NCBI GenBank assembly: GCA_965201115.1 | Contig: OZ241745.1 | Span: 258,308 to 322,307, forward strand | Source: Alphaproteobacteria bacterium | Lineage (GTDB): Bacteria; Pseudomonadota; Alphaproteobacteria; UBA7887 | Direction: 5' to 3' | DNA: 64,000 nucleotides | Shown: piece by piece, positions 36,932-47,500 of the stretch | Position numbering within the stretch: the first letter of the stretch is position 1 | How the letters are laid out: each line of letters opens with the position of its first letter | Position numbers and translations under genes: made by a program | The notes under the pieces: generated by a model | Seen by the model: the letters and a program-made list of their open reading frames with translations, nothing else | What the model was told of the DNA's origin: nothing | Database searches by the model: none

Positions 36932-38827
36932 ATGAAATACCTGTCGGACGCCGCAATACGGTGGGCTATCGACCGGTTGCGAAAAGGGTCGCACCCGTTT
37001 CTCGGCATCACCTTTCTGGCGTGCAAATCGGCAGGCTTGCCTGTCGGTTCGACCGCGCGCGTGCGCCTGGACCGGGTGACGCGGGAGCATCTCGACCGCC
37101 ACCACCGTTTGGCGCCGCAAAGCGACTGTTATTTTCAGCCGTTCGGCGGGAAGAAGGCGTGGGTGGGGCCAAAGTACCCATCGAAGGGGCTCCAGCCTTT
37201 TAATACGGGAAAATTCGCGCGCGCATTCCGGCATCCCGGGGGAACACAGGAATGGGGTTTCGTCGAGAACTACGTCGATGAGATTGCCGACGTCGGGCGA
37301 TACGCCTTGGATCTTCAAGCTGTATCGGTATGGGTGCTGAAGGATCGGAAGTGGTCCGACCGCGACTCCTTGGAAACGGTGATCGATTGTTTTCTCGAGT
37401 CGTACAGAATTACAAAATACGAGCGTGACAATCTGTTCTCCATGGATGGGTTTGGAATGGCGGATGAATTGGCAAACGAGGATGTATCGCATTGCGGTAT
37501 ATTCGACGAGCGCCCGCCGGATTTGAGAGGTATCGCATTTCGATACGGCGCCCCGCCGGATAACAAGGTCGACAAGAAGCGCTCTCGACTGCTTCGTTTG
37601 GCGCTGTCGGATGTCGGACCGTCCAAAAGACTAAGCATGGATTTGGGGAAACGTCTAACGCTAATTGCAGGCGACAACGGTTTGGGGAAATCGTTTATTC
37701 TGGATGTTATATGGTGGGCAATAACAGGAAATTGGCTCGGACGGCCCGCGTTGCCTTTCGACGTGTTAGAGAATGGCTGCAACAAGGTCGCAGCAACGAT
37801 AGAGTTTAAGGTTGCGATGGATGAGGCGCCGAGTGTAACAGCGAAGGGTTATTTTCATCGGGATACCCATTCGTGGAACATGGACAGCGAAAGACCCCGG
37901 TTATCTTCCTTGTGTATTTTCGTCAGGGTCGATGGTTCGTTTGCGGTCGCCGATGAAATGCGAGCCAGATTTGGGAACGGCAATCGATCCGGCATCGGTT
38001 ATTTTACGAGGGCCGAAGTATGGGATGGCAAACCGGGGGAGATCGAGGGTATGGTTCGGGACTGGATCGCCTGGCAGCTGTCTCCCGACCGCGAGACATT
38101 CTCGAAATTGGAGAAAGTTCTTGCCTGCTTGTCCCCGGAAGATCTAGGGCGTATAAAGCCGGGGGATCCGGCGCGGCTTCCCGGAGACCCGCGGCAAATA
38201 CCGACTATCGTTCATCCCTACGGGACTGTCCCTGTCGTGTTCTCGTCCGCCGGCGTTCAGAGTATTCTTCTTCTGACATATATGATGACATGGGTATGGC
38301 ATGAACACAAGATCGCCGCCCGGCAGCTGGGCGAGGAGCCGTTTGGAAGGATGACAATAATCCTGGACGAAGTAGAGGCCCACCTGCACCCGCGATGGCA
38401 GAGGACTGTTTTGCCTGCGTTGATGGGAATCGGCGATCTTTTGCAGAAAGATATAGCGGTGCAGGTCGTTGCTTCTACGCACTCCCCTATGGTGTTGGCG
38501 TCCATGGAGACGATGTTCTCGCATGGCAGCGATGTACTGTATCATCTGCTTCTAAAGGATTCGGCGGTGGTATTGGAGGAAATCGAGTTTCAAAAATACG
38601 GTGATGTATCGGCGTGGCTGATGTCTTCGGTTTTCGGGCTGCGGCATGCGCGCTCGCGCGAGGCAGAGGAGGCGATAGAGGCAGCAAAAAAAGCGCAGCT
38701 GTCGAGCATGGATGATAAATCGGAGGTAGAGAATATATCCAATAAATTGAAACGTGCATTGGCGGGCGACGATCCGTTTTGGCCGCGGTGGATATTCTTT
38801 GCGGAAGAAAGGGGGGTATCGTTATGA
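36932..38827 (+). CDS. AAA_15/21-type ATPase (Septu PtuA-like) with an additional ~240-aa N-terminal domain of unknown function; located in a low-GC island
   Basis: Walker A LIAGDNGLGKSF sits at about residue 245 rather than at the N-terminus. Walker B/D-loop MTIILDEVEAHLHP; H-loop VVASTHSP. 631 aa. Local GC is markedly lower than flanking DNA. Confidence 0.65.
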   Translation: MKYLSDAAIRWAIDRLRKGSHPFLGITFLACKSAGLPVGSTARVRLDRVTREHLDRHHRLAPQSDCYFQPFGGKKAWVGPKYPSKGLQPFNTGKFARAFRHPGGTQEWGFVENYVDEIADVGRYALDLQAVSVWVLKDRKWSDRDSLETVIDCFLESYRITKYERDNLFSMDGFGMADELANEDVSHCGIFDERPPDLRGIAFRYGAPPDNKVDKKRSRLLRLALSDVGPSKRLSMDLGKRLTLIAGDNGLGKSFILDVIWWAITGNWLGRPALPFDVLENGCNKVAATIEFKVAMDEAPSVTAKGYFHRDTHSWNMDSERPRLSSLCIFVRVDGSFAVADEMRARFGNGNRSGIGYFTRAEVWDGKPGEIEGMVRDWIAWQLSPDRETFSKLEKVLACLSPEDLGRIKPGDPARLPGDPRQIPTIVHPYGTVPVVFSSAGVQSILLLTYMMTWVWHEHKIAARQLGEEPFGRMTIILDEVEAHLHPRWQRTVLPALMGIGDLLQKDIAVQVVASTHSPMVLASMETMFSHGSDVLYHLLLKDSAVVLEEIEFQKYGDVSAWLMSSVFGLRHARSREAEEAIEAAKKAQLSSMDDKSEVENISNKLKRALAGDDPFWPRWIFFAEERGVSL

Positions 38828-39447
38828 TTCCGGTGCGGCGTCAGCCGGAGTATCGGGAGTTCGATAAGGAAGTTCGTCAACCGGGTCTGCGATTTCTGAA
38901 AGCAAATCCACGGCCGAATAGCAGGGAGTTCGCGGAACATGAGTACTGGCGGAAGGCGCACTCCCAATTAAGGCATGTATATGGGGGCTTGTGCGCATAC
39001 ACATCGCGTTACATCGTCGACGTCGGCGAGGGATCTGTCGACCATTTTCATCCGAAAAGCAAGTTTCCTGATCTTGCGTATGAGTGGTGTAACTATCGGC
39101 TCGCAAGACGGAAAGTTAATAATTATAAAGGCGACAAAATTGGAATAATAGATCCGTTCGTAGTGCAATCGTCGTGGTTTATACTTGAGTTTCCGGGCTG
39201 TTTGGTACGGTCGGGGATCGATCTCGATGAGAAAACGGAGAATCGTGTGGAAAAATCGATAGAAGTATTGCGATTGAACAAGGACGACAGGTTGGTTCAG
39301 GAGAGATACAACCATTTGAGAGACTATGTGTCCGGAAACTTGACATTGGACTACCTTGACCGCCGTTACCCGTTCCTGTCGAAAGAGATCGGAAGACAAG
39401 GATTGAGCAAGAAAAAGTTGCGGGAAATGTTCAAACGTCCGAAATAA
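38824..39447 (+). CDS. HNH endonuclease (Septu PtuB-like, retron-type small HNH)
   Basis: GLCAYTSRYIV...VDHFHPKSKFPDLAYEWCNYRLARRKVNNYKGD gives the HNH layout C...C...DH...N...C. 207 aa. 4-nt overlap with the ATPase gene. Confidence 0.65.
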   Translation: MIPVRRQPEYREFDKEVRQPGLRFLKANPRPNSREFAEHEYWRKAHSQLRHVYGGLCAYTSRYIVDVGEGSVDHFHPKSKFPDLAYEWCNYRLARRKVNNYKGDKIGIIDPFVVQSSWFILEFPGCLVRSGIDLDEKTENRVEKSIEVLRLNKDDRLVQERYNHLRDYVSGNLTLDYLDRRYPFLSKEIGRQGLSKKKLREMFKRPK

Positions 39448-39487
39448 ATTCGATCGCGCGGTGGAGAGCCGATAAAAACGGCTTTCG

Positions 39488-40357
39488 TCACGCGGTCGTT
39501 GCCGTCCTGATCGGCGTGTCCGGGCGGGCGGCCCATTCGGCCCAGGAGCCGTCATAGACGGCCCAGTCGCGTTTGCCGGCGCGGTCCATGGCCAGGGCGA
39601 GGATGCAGGCGCTGACGCCGGAGCCGCAGCTGGCGATCACGGGGCGCGTCCAGTCGGCGCCGGCGGCTTCGAAACGGGCGCGGGTTTCATCGGCGCCGGG
39701 CATCCAGACCCCATCGGTCAGGAGTTTCTCCCAGGGGAGCGAGACCGCGCCGGGCATGTGGCCGCCCGAGCGGATTTGAGGATAGGGGTCGGTTTCGCGG
39801 CCCGAGAAACGCGCGGCGTTGCGGGCGTCGACGATCTGGAGGTTCGGGTCGCGCAGGGCGGCATGGACGTCGCGCCAGTTGCGCACCGATTCGCGGCGCG
39901 GCGGGCGCGCCTCGTAAGCGCGCGGTTCGGGCGCGGCGGCGCCGCTTTCGGTTTCGCCGCCGGCGGCGCGCCACGCGGGCAGGCCGCCGTCGAGCACCGA
40001 GACGCGGTCATGGCCGAAGACGCGGAACATCCACCAGACGCGCGCCGCGCTATAGAGGCCGCGCGTATCGTAGGCGATAACATGGCTTGCGCGGGATATG
40101 CCGAGCGCGCCGACCTTCGCGGCGAAGGTTTCGGCGTCGGGCAGCATGTGGTCGAGCGGCCCCCACGGCTCGGGGTCGGCAACGTCGTCGATATCGAAAT
40201 AAGCCGCGCCGGGGATATGCGCCTCGCGGTATTCGGCGCCGGCGTCGCGGCCCAGCACCGGCAGATGATACGTCGCGTCCACGACCGCCAGCGAGGCGGC
40301 GGCGAGGTTTTCCTTCAACCAGGCGGCGGAAACGACGGCGGGCGCCGATTCGTTCAT
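39488..40357 (-). CDS. 3-mercaptopyruvate/thiosulfate sulfurtransferase (tandem rhodanese domains, SseA-like)
   Basis: Two rhodanese domains, with active-site CGSGVSAC in the second. 289 aa from MNESAP. Confidence 0.8.
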   Translation of the reverse strand: MNESAPAVVSAAWLKENLAAASLAVVDATYHLPVLGRDAGAEYREAHIPGAAYFDIDDVADPEPWGPLDHMLPDAETFAAKVGALGISRASHVIAYDTRGLYSAARVWWMFRVFGHDRVSVLDGGLPAWRAAGGETESGAAAPEPRAYEARPPRRESVRNWRDVHAALRDPNLQIVDARNAARFSGRETDPYPQIRSGGHMPGAVSLPWEKLLTDGVWMPGADETRARFEAAGADWTRPVIASCGSGVSACILALAMDRAGKRDWAVYDGSWAEWAARPDTPIRTATTA

Positions 40358-41223
40358 GGTCCTGTCTCCACGGGCGTGTCGGCGCGGCCGCCCCAATCGG
40401 TCCACGAGCCGTCATAGACAGCAACCCGGTCGTGGCCGATGAGGTGCAGGCCGAGGGCGAGATTGCAGGCGGTGACGCCGGACCCGCAGGAGGTAATGAC
40501 CGGGCGGTCGGTATCGATTCCCGCGCCGCGGAAGAGCGCGGCGAGGGCATCGGCCCCTTTCATCGTTCGGGTATCGGCGTCGTAGAGTTCGAGAAACGGA
40601 AGGTTGCGCGAGCCGGGTATGCGGCCGCCGCGCAGCCCCGGGCGGGGTTCGGGTTCGGTCCCGGCGAAGCGGCCGCGCGTGCGCGCGTCGAGTATCCGTT
40701 CGGCGCCCGATTCGGCGGCGGCGCGCACCTCGCCGCGGCTACGAACCAGTTGCGGCGCCGGCGGGACGGGGTACGAAGCCGGCGCGGGCCGCGCGGCGCC
40801 GCTCTCGACGGGCCGGCCCTCGGCGCGCCATTTCGGCAGGCCGCCGTCGAGCACCGAAACCCGTTCGTGGCCGAAAGCCCGGAACATCCACCATGCGCGC
40901 GCAGCGCTGCCGACGCCGGTCGCGTCGTAACAGACAACGTGCGAATCGGCGGCGACGCCGAGCGCCCCCGCCTTTTCCGCGAAGGTTTCCGCGTCCGGCA
41001 GCATGTGCGGAAGCGGATTCGCCGCATCGGCGATGTCGTCGATGTCGAAGAAGACCGCGCCGGGAATATGGGCCTCGGCGAACTCGGCGCGCGGGTCGCG
41101 TTGCAGCGCCGGCATGTGCCACGAGGCGTCGATAACGCGGATTCCCGGGGCGGGCGCCGCCGGTCCCGCGCGCGCGGCGAGCCACGCGGTGGATACGAGC
41201 GCGCCGGGGTTGGCATAGGCCAT
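40354..41223 (-). CDS. 3-mercaptopyruvate/thiosulfate sulfurtransferase paralog (SseA-like)
   Basis: Active-site CGSGVTAC; about 45% identical to the downstream paralog. Start taken at MAYANPGAL. Confidence 0.8.
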   Translation of the reverse strand: MAYANPGALVSTAWLAARAGPAAPAPGIRVIDASWHMPALQRDPRAEFAEAHIPGAVFFDIDDIADAANPLPHMLPDAETFAEKAGALGVAADSHVVCYDATGVGSAARAWWMFRAFGHERVSVLDGGLPKWRAEGRPVESGAARPAPASYPVPPAPQLVRSRGEVRAAAESGAERILDARTRGRFAGTEPEPRPGLRGGRIPGSRNLPFLELYDADTRTMKGADALAALFRGAGIDTDRPVITSCGSGVTACNLALGLHLIGHDRVAVYDGSWTDWGGRADTPVETGP

Positions 41224-41374
41224 GTCGTTCTCCCGTGTCATGGCGGCAGCTATCGATGTCGACCGAGCCGCGCCCATGTTTTCATGCCCGTCGAGGCTGT
41301 TTCCCGGCGGTCGCGGCGAGGCGACATCGATAGCCCTCGATACCATACCGACGGTTGTCGGAATCGGCACGTTT

Positions 41375-41415
41375 TACGGGACCGCGGGCGTCCCCGCCCG
41401 CACGTCCCGACATGC
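41375..41415. repeat. REP-like repeat, variant B (partial), downstream of the autotransporter stop
   Basis: cgggaccgcgggcgtccccgcccgcacgtcccgac. Confidence 0.4.
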
Positions 41416-41521
41416 GCAAACGCCGCCGCGCCGGGCGCGACGATCGCCGCTCCCCGGCAACAGCGCGGCCCGCGGCAACGTGCGGGCGAGACGCCCGCGC
41501 GCCCGGGAAGCGCGCCCGCGA

Positions 41522-44500
41522 TCAGAACCGCACGGTGAGTGCGGCGCTGCCGCTGAAGTCGCGGTTGCCGTTGCGGGCGGCGGCGTAGGCGGCGTTGGCG
41601 CGCAGCGCTATGCGGCCGTCGGCCCATTCATGGGCGGCGCCCAGGCCGAGGCGGGCCCATGTCGCTTCCGCTTCGGCCTTGAAGGGCGGCCTGTCTTCCG
41701 CCGTCGCCTCCATTGCGCCCGACAGTTCGCGCTCCAGGTCCAGCGTTGCGAACATGGCGCCGGCGCCGCCGGGGAGGGCGGCGGACTCGGCGCGCACGCC
41801 CGCGCGCGCCGTAATCCGTCGACCGGCGTCCAGAGACACGCGCTCGCCCATCGCGTCCGTGAACGACGACATCTCCACCATCGACCAATCGGCGCCCGCG
41901 CGCGGCGTCAGCGCCACGCGGCCCAGGTCGAGCCGCCGCCCGATCTCCACGCCGGCGGCGTAGCCGCGGCCCGAAAGATCGCGCGCAAGCGCGCCCTCGA
42001 GCGCCGCATCCGAATCGAGGTCCGCCTCGTACAGCGTCGCCGCGGCATGGCCGCTCACATAGACGTTCTCCGCCGGCAGCCACGCGCCCGATATGCGCGC
42101 CCCCGTGCCGGTTATCTCGATGCGGCCGCCGCCCGCCTCGGTGTCCGCGTCCGCCTCCACATCCGCGCGGCCGCGCACATGATGAACGGAGACAGCGAAC
42201 ACGCCGCGCTCGCCCGCCGCGCCCTCTATCCCCGCCTCGAACCCGAAGCGGCGATAGTCGTGGCGCGCCGCCGCCGTCGAGGAGGCCGGATGGCGCTCGC
42301 CGCCGCCGGCGTCGAGACGCGCGAACGCCCCCCGCGGCGCGCCCGCGGCGGCGAACCGGTCGCCGTGGGCGGGCAGCGCGTTCAGCGCCAGCAGCGCCGA
42401 AGGCAGCGCCTCGTACACGCGATGCCGCGGCGCAGGCCCGACCTCGATACGCTCGTCGCCGGTTATCCGGAGCATCGAATCGGCGCGGCCCTCGCGCTCG
42501 AGGACGATGGTGGCGCCGCCGGCCTCGATGCGTCCGCCGCCGACGCGCAGCACGGCGTCTTCGTCCGATTCGCCCGCGGCGGCCTTCACTGTCACCGCGG
42601 CCGCGCCGGCGATGGGCTCCTCGATGCGTCCGTTCTCGCCCACCGTCACCGCGCCGCGGGGCGCATCGACGCTCTTCACCGCGCCGTTCACCTCGACCGT
42701 GCTGCCGGTCCCCGCCAGCGTGACCCGGCCGTCGATTTCGCCGCCGGCCCCCACCGTCACGGTCGAAGCGGCGCCGGCGTCGCGCGCCTCCACGGCGCCT
42801 TCCACCATGCCATCGACCGTCATGCTCAGCGCGCCGGTTTCGGCGACGACCGCAACGCGCCGGCCCTGCGCGTCTTCCGCGCCCACGAGTTCGCCGCCCG
42901 CGGCAACCTCGACCTTGCCGCCGGCGGGAACATGCAACATGCCTTCCGCATCCCCGGCCATGGCGATGAACTCGACGCCCCGGACGTTCCCCCTGAACTC
43001 CGCGCCGGACGCCACCGTCAGCCGATGCGCGCCGCCGCCGCCGCCGATGACGTCGCCCGTCAGCGCGTTCGCGACCGCCACCGTCAGCGCCCCGGGGCCC
43101 AGGTCCTCGATGCTGCCCACGACATTGCCGTTCACCATCACCGTCAGGTCGCCGCGGGCGTTGCGCACCGCCCGCCCGTCGAGGCCCGATATGCGCCCCC
43201 CGGAACTCACCTCGACCGTTCCGCCGCGGTCGAACTGCACGCTCGCGGCCGCGCCATCGACCGTAACCTTGCTGGCCGCGAGGCGGATGAGACCCTCGAC
43301 CGATCCGCCCGATTTCACATGAACGTCGTGTTCGCCGCCGCCGAGGCCGAATATCCCGCCCTCGACGGTTCCGCTCACATCCACGTCCAGGTCGCCCTCG
43401 CCCTCGCCGCGGATGGCGCCCGTCACGGTCGCCCGCGCCGCCACGTCCACCGTCAGATCGCCCGCCGCGCTCCGGATCGCCTCGCGACCGCGGTCCGACG
43501 TATCGATGCCCGTTACCGCGCCGCCGGACGCAACCGTGACCGAGCCGCCGTTGTCGTAGAGTACGCGCCCCACGCGGCCCGCCACTGTCATCGCGCTCGT
43601 CGGCAGATGCACCGTGCCTGTCACCGCGCCGCCGGCCATCGCTGCAACCGTGTGCGAACCCGCGCCTGTCCCGCCGATGTCGCCTTCGACCGTCCCGCTC
43701 ACTTCCACGTCCAGGTCGCCGTCGCCCGCGCCGCGGATATCGCCGGTCACGGTCGCCCGCGCCGCAACATCCACCTCCAGATCGCCCGCCGCGCTGCGTA
43801 TCGCTTCGCGACCGCCGTCCCCGGTCTCGACGCCGGCAATACTCCCCGTCGCCGCAACCATCACCGATCCGCCATTGTCGTAAAGCACCCGCCCCACGCG
43901 GCCCGCAATCGTCATCGCGCTTGTCGGAAGATGCACGGTCCCCGTCACCGCGCCGCCGGCCATCACCGCAACCGTGTGCGAACCCGCGCCCATGCCGCGA
44001 ATGCCGCCGGTAACCGTCCCCGTCACCGTCGCCGTCAAATCCCCCGCGCCGCGCTCCTCGATGTCGCCCGTCACGCGGCCCGCCACCGATGCAACCAGAT
44101 CGCCGGCCTCCATATCCACGATATCGCCCGTCACCATGCCGCCGGACGCGACCGTAACCTCGTGCTTGCCGGCGCCCTTGCCGTGGATGGCGCCCGTCAC
44201 CGCGCCGCCCACATTCACGGTCATGGCGCCCGCGCCGCGCCCCTCGATGCGGCCCATGACCGCCCCGCCGGACGCAACCGACACCGTCAGGTCCCCCGCG
44301 TCGGCGCGAATCGCCTCGCCGCCGACGCCGGCGATGCGGCCCGTCGCCGCAACCGTCAACGCGCCGCCGTTGTCGAACAGGACGCGCCCCGCAGCGCCGC
44401 GGATCGTCGTCCCGCTCTTCGGGTTATGCACCGTCCCCAACACCCGCGCCTTCTCAGCGATCTCGATGGTATGCACGCCGCCGCCGCGACCGAAAATCTC

Positions 44501-47500
44501 CCCGTTAATCGTGCCGGTCTCCGACACCGTCACCGTCAGGTCGCCATCGCCGCGCGCCTCGATATTGCCCGCGACCGTCCCGTGAACGGTGACCGCCAAA
44601 TCGCCCGCGTCGCCGCGGATCGCCTCCTTCGTTCCGTCGATATCGAGGCCCGTAATCTCGCCGCTGGCGTTGACCGTAACCGCGCCCCCGTTGTCGTAGT
44701 GGACGCGCCCGACATCGCCCGAGACCGTCAGCGCCGCGCCTGTCGGCAGGCGCACCGTTCCGGCAATGGCGCCCGACGACGCCACCGTAACCGTGTGTTC
44801 GCCCGCGCCCTCGCCGGTAACGCCGCCCGTCACCGTTCCGGCGACCGTGACGTCCAGGTCGCCCGCGCCGCGCTCGGCGATATCGCCCGTCACCGCGCCG
44901 GCGACGTCGACCTCGAGATCGCCGCCGCCGCGGCCCTCGACGAGGCCCGTGACCGCGCCATTGGCCGCGACCGTGACGTCGAGATCGCCCGCGTCGGCGC
45001 GAATCGCCTCGGTCGTTCCATCGTTATCGACGCCCGTTACCGCGCCGCCGCCGGCGACCGTAACCGTCCCGCCGTCGTCGTAGAGAATGCGCCCGGCGCT
45101 GCCGCGCACGGTCGTCGGACTCGCGGGGTTGCGTATCGTGCCCGTCACGACGCCGCCGGCCATGACGTTCGCCGTCAACGCGCCGTCGCCGGAGGGGCGA
45201 AGACCGCCCTCGATCCGGCCCGCTACCGTGACGGAAAGATCGCCCGACACGGCGCGAATCGTCTCGGTCGCGCCGTCGATCGCGATGCCCGTAATCGCAC
45301 CGCCCCTGGCGACCGTAACTGTCCCCCCGCCGGCATAGAGAATACGTCCGACGCTGCCGCCCACGGTCATCGGACTCGCGGGGTTGTGTATCGTGCCCGT
45401 CACCGCGCCGCCGGCGTTGACGGTTGCCGTCAGCGTGCCGCCCGACTTGACGTCGCCCTCGACGCGGATCCCGTCGTTCACCGTGACGGTCAGCGCGCCG
45501 GCCGCGCTCTCGATGGCCACGCCCTCGACGCCGGTCAGCGTCCCGCTCCCGGACACCGTCACCGTCCCGCCGCTGGCGTAAAGAATGCGCCCGATGCTGC
45601 CCGCGACTGCAAGCGCGGTCTGCGGGTCGTGTATCGTCCCCGTCACGACGCCGCCGTCCATGACATTCGCCGTCAACGAGCCGCCGCCATCGACGCGGAT
45701 GTCGCCCGTGACCCGCCCCGAAACGGTGGCCGTCAGAGCGCCGCCGCCGTCGCCGAGGATGGCGACGCCCGATGTTGCGCTCACCTCGCCGTCCGCGCCC
45801 ACGGTCACCGCGCCGCCGCCGAACAGATGCACGCCCGCGCCGGTTCCGCCCATCGCGGCCCCGTGTACCGTCACCTGCTGGTTGCGCACGCCGCTTGTGA
45901 CGCCCGCGCCGCGGACATAAATGCCCTTCGCCCCGCCGGTAACCCGCGCGCCCGCCGCAACCGTCACCGCGATGGCGCCGTTGCTGGCATGCGGAACGAC
46001 GTAAAGCGCCTCCACGCCGTTCCCCTCGGCGTCGATGGCGCCGCCGGTCACGTCCACATGGATGTCGCCGGCGTTGTAGGTCAGCGCGTGTTGCCGGACC
46101 GCGTTCTTCCAGTCGGCGTCGTAGGCAGCGTCGGGAAGGGCGGTCAGCGCCGCCTCCAGATCGGTCCCCGACCCCTTCGTCAACACGGCCGTCAGCGCCG
46201 CGCGCTCAGCGGTCGAAAGCGCGTCGCCGGCGCGGACACGATCGGCGATCGCCGTGTGCGACAGCGCCATGGCGCGAACGCCCGCGCTCGAAAGGCCCAA
46301 AATCTCCTCCGCCGCCGCGTGCGCCAGCGGGCCGTCGCCGGTCGCCGCGGCGGCCGCCGCGGCGCGCTTGCGCCGGAGATCCTCCGCCTCCGCCTTCCAG
46401 GCGGCGTCGTAAGAAGCCGGGAGCGCCGCCAGCGCCGTCGTCAGCGCGCTCGAATCGTTCGCCGTTATCGCCGCAAGCACGGCCTGTTCCGCCGCCGACA
46501 GCGTCTCGTCGGCGCCCGCGATCCGGCCCCGGATGAAAGCCTCCGTCACCGGCGCGCCCACCATGATGCTTCCGCTCGACGTAACGTGGATCATCGGCGT
46601 CGTCCGCGCCGCGTCGTCCGCCGTCGTGGCGCCCGCGCCCATCGTGTGGCCGCTCGACCGCGGGGCCCACGCGAGAACGCCGGCATCCCGCGCCTCGACC
46701 GCGCCCCCATGCGTGACCGCGATGCGCCCCGTGGCGCTCGCGTTGTTCGTAAGCCGCCCCTCCATGCCGATGGAGAACGGCGACGCGATCTTCGCCGGCG
46801 CCGCCGTCGTCATAGCGACCGAGCCGAGGTTCAGGGAGTGCGTCAGAATGCCCTTGGCGTCCAGCCCCTCCACCGCGATGCTGCCGCCGGTCACGGCAAT
46901 GGGAACCGTCTTGCCGGCCGCGAGGGCGGAGAACACCCCCACAACGCCGTGGGCGTTGTCCTGCTCCGTCACGATGGAGCCGCCCGACATGCGGAAGGAG
47001 TGGTTGCCGGGCCCGTTGCCGCGCTCCATGACAACCCCATGGGCGGAGAACCCGAAGGAGGACCCGCCCCGCGTGCGGATCGCGCCGCCCTCGACGATGA
47101 CGGTTATGTCGCCTGCCCCCGTGCCGTTGGAAAGGGCCAGGACGCCATAGCTGCCAGCTCCCGTCGTCTCGACCGAGCCGTCTGCCATGCGGATGGAGAG
47201 GTTGCCCGTCCCGTTGTTTTGGCCGTGGATGGCGTAATTGAAGTTGCCCGCCGCCTTGATGACGGCGTTGCCGGAGACGACGATGGATGCGTTGCCCGAC
47301 CCGCCGCTGAGTATTTGGGCGACGAGTTTGCCGGCGAGGGAGCCGCCGCTCATGCTGGCGGAGACGTTGCCCGCCCACATTCTCCCGCCGGTGACGGAGG
47401 CGTTGCCCGTGAGGGAGGCGCCCGTTATGCCGATGGCGCCGTTGCCCGACCCGAGCGCCCGGACTACAACGCTCAGGCCGCCCGACCCTGTGAGTGTGGC

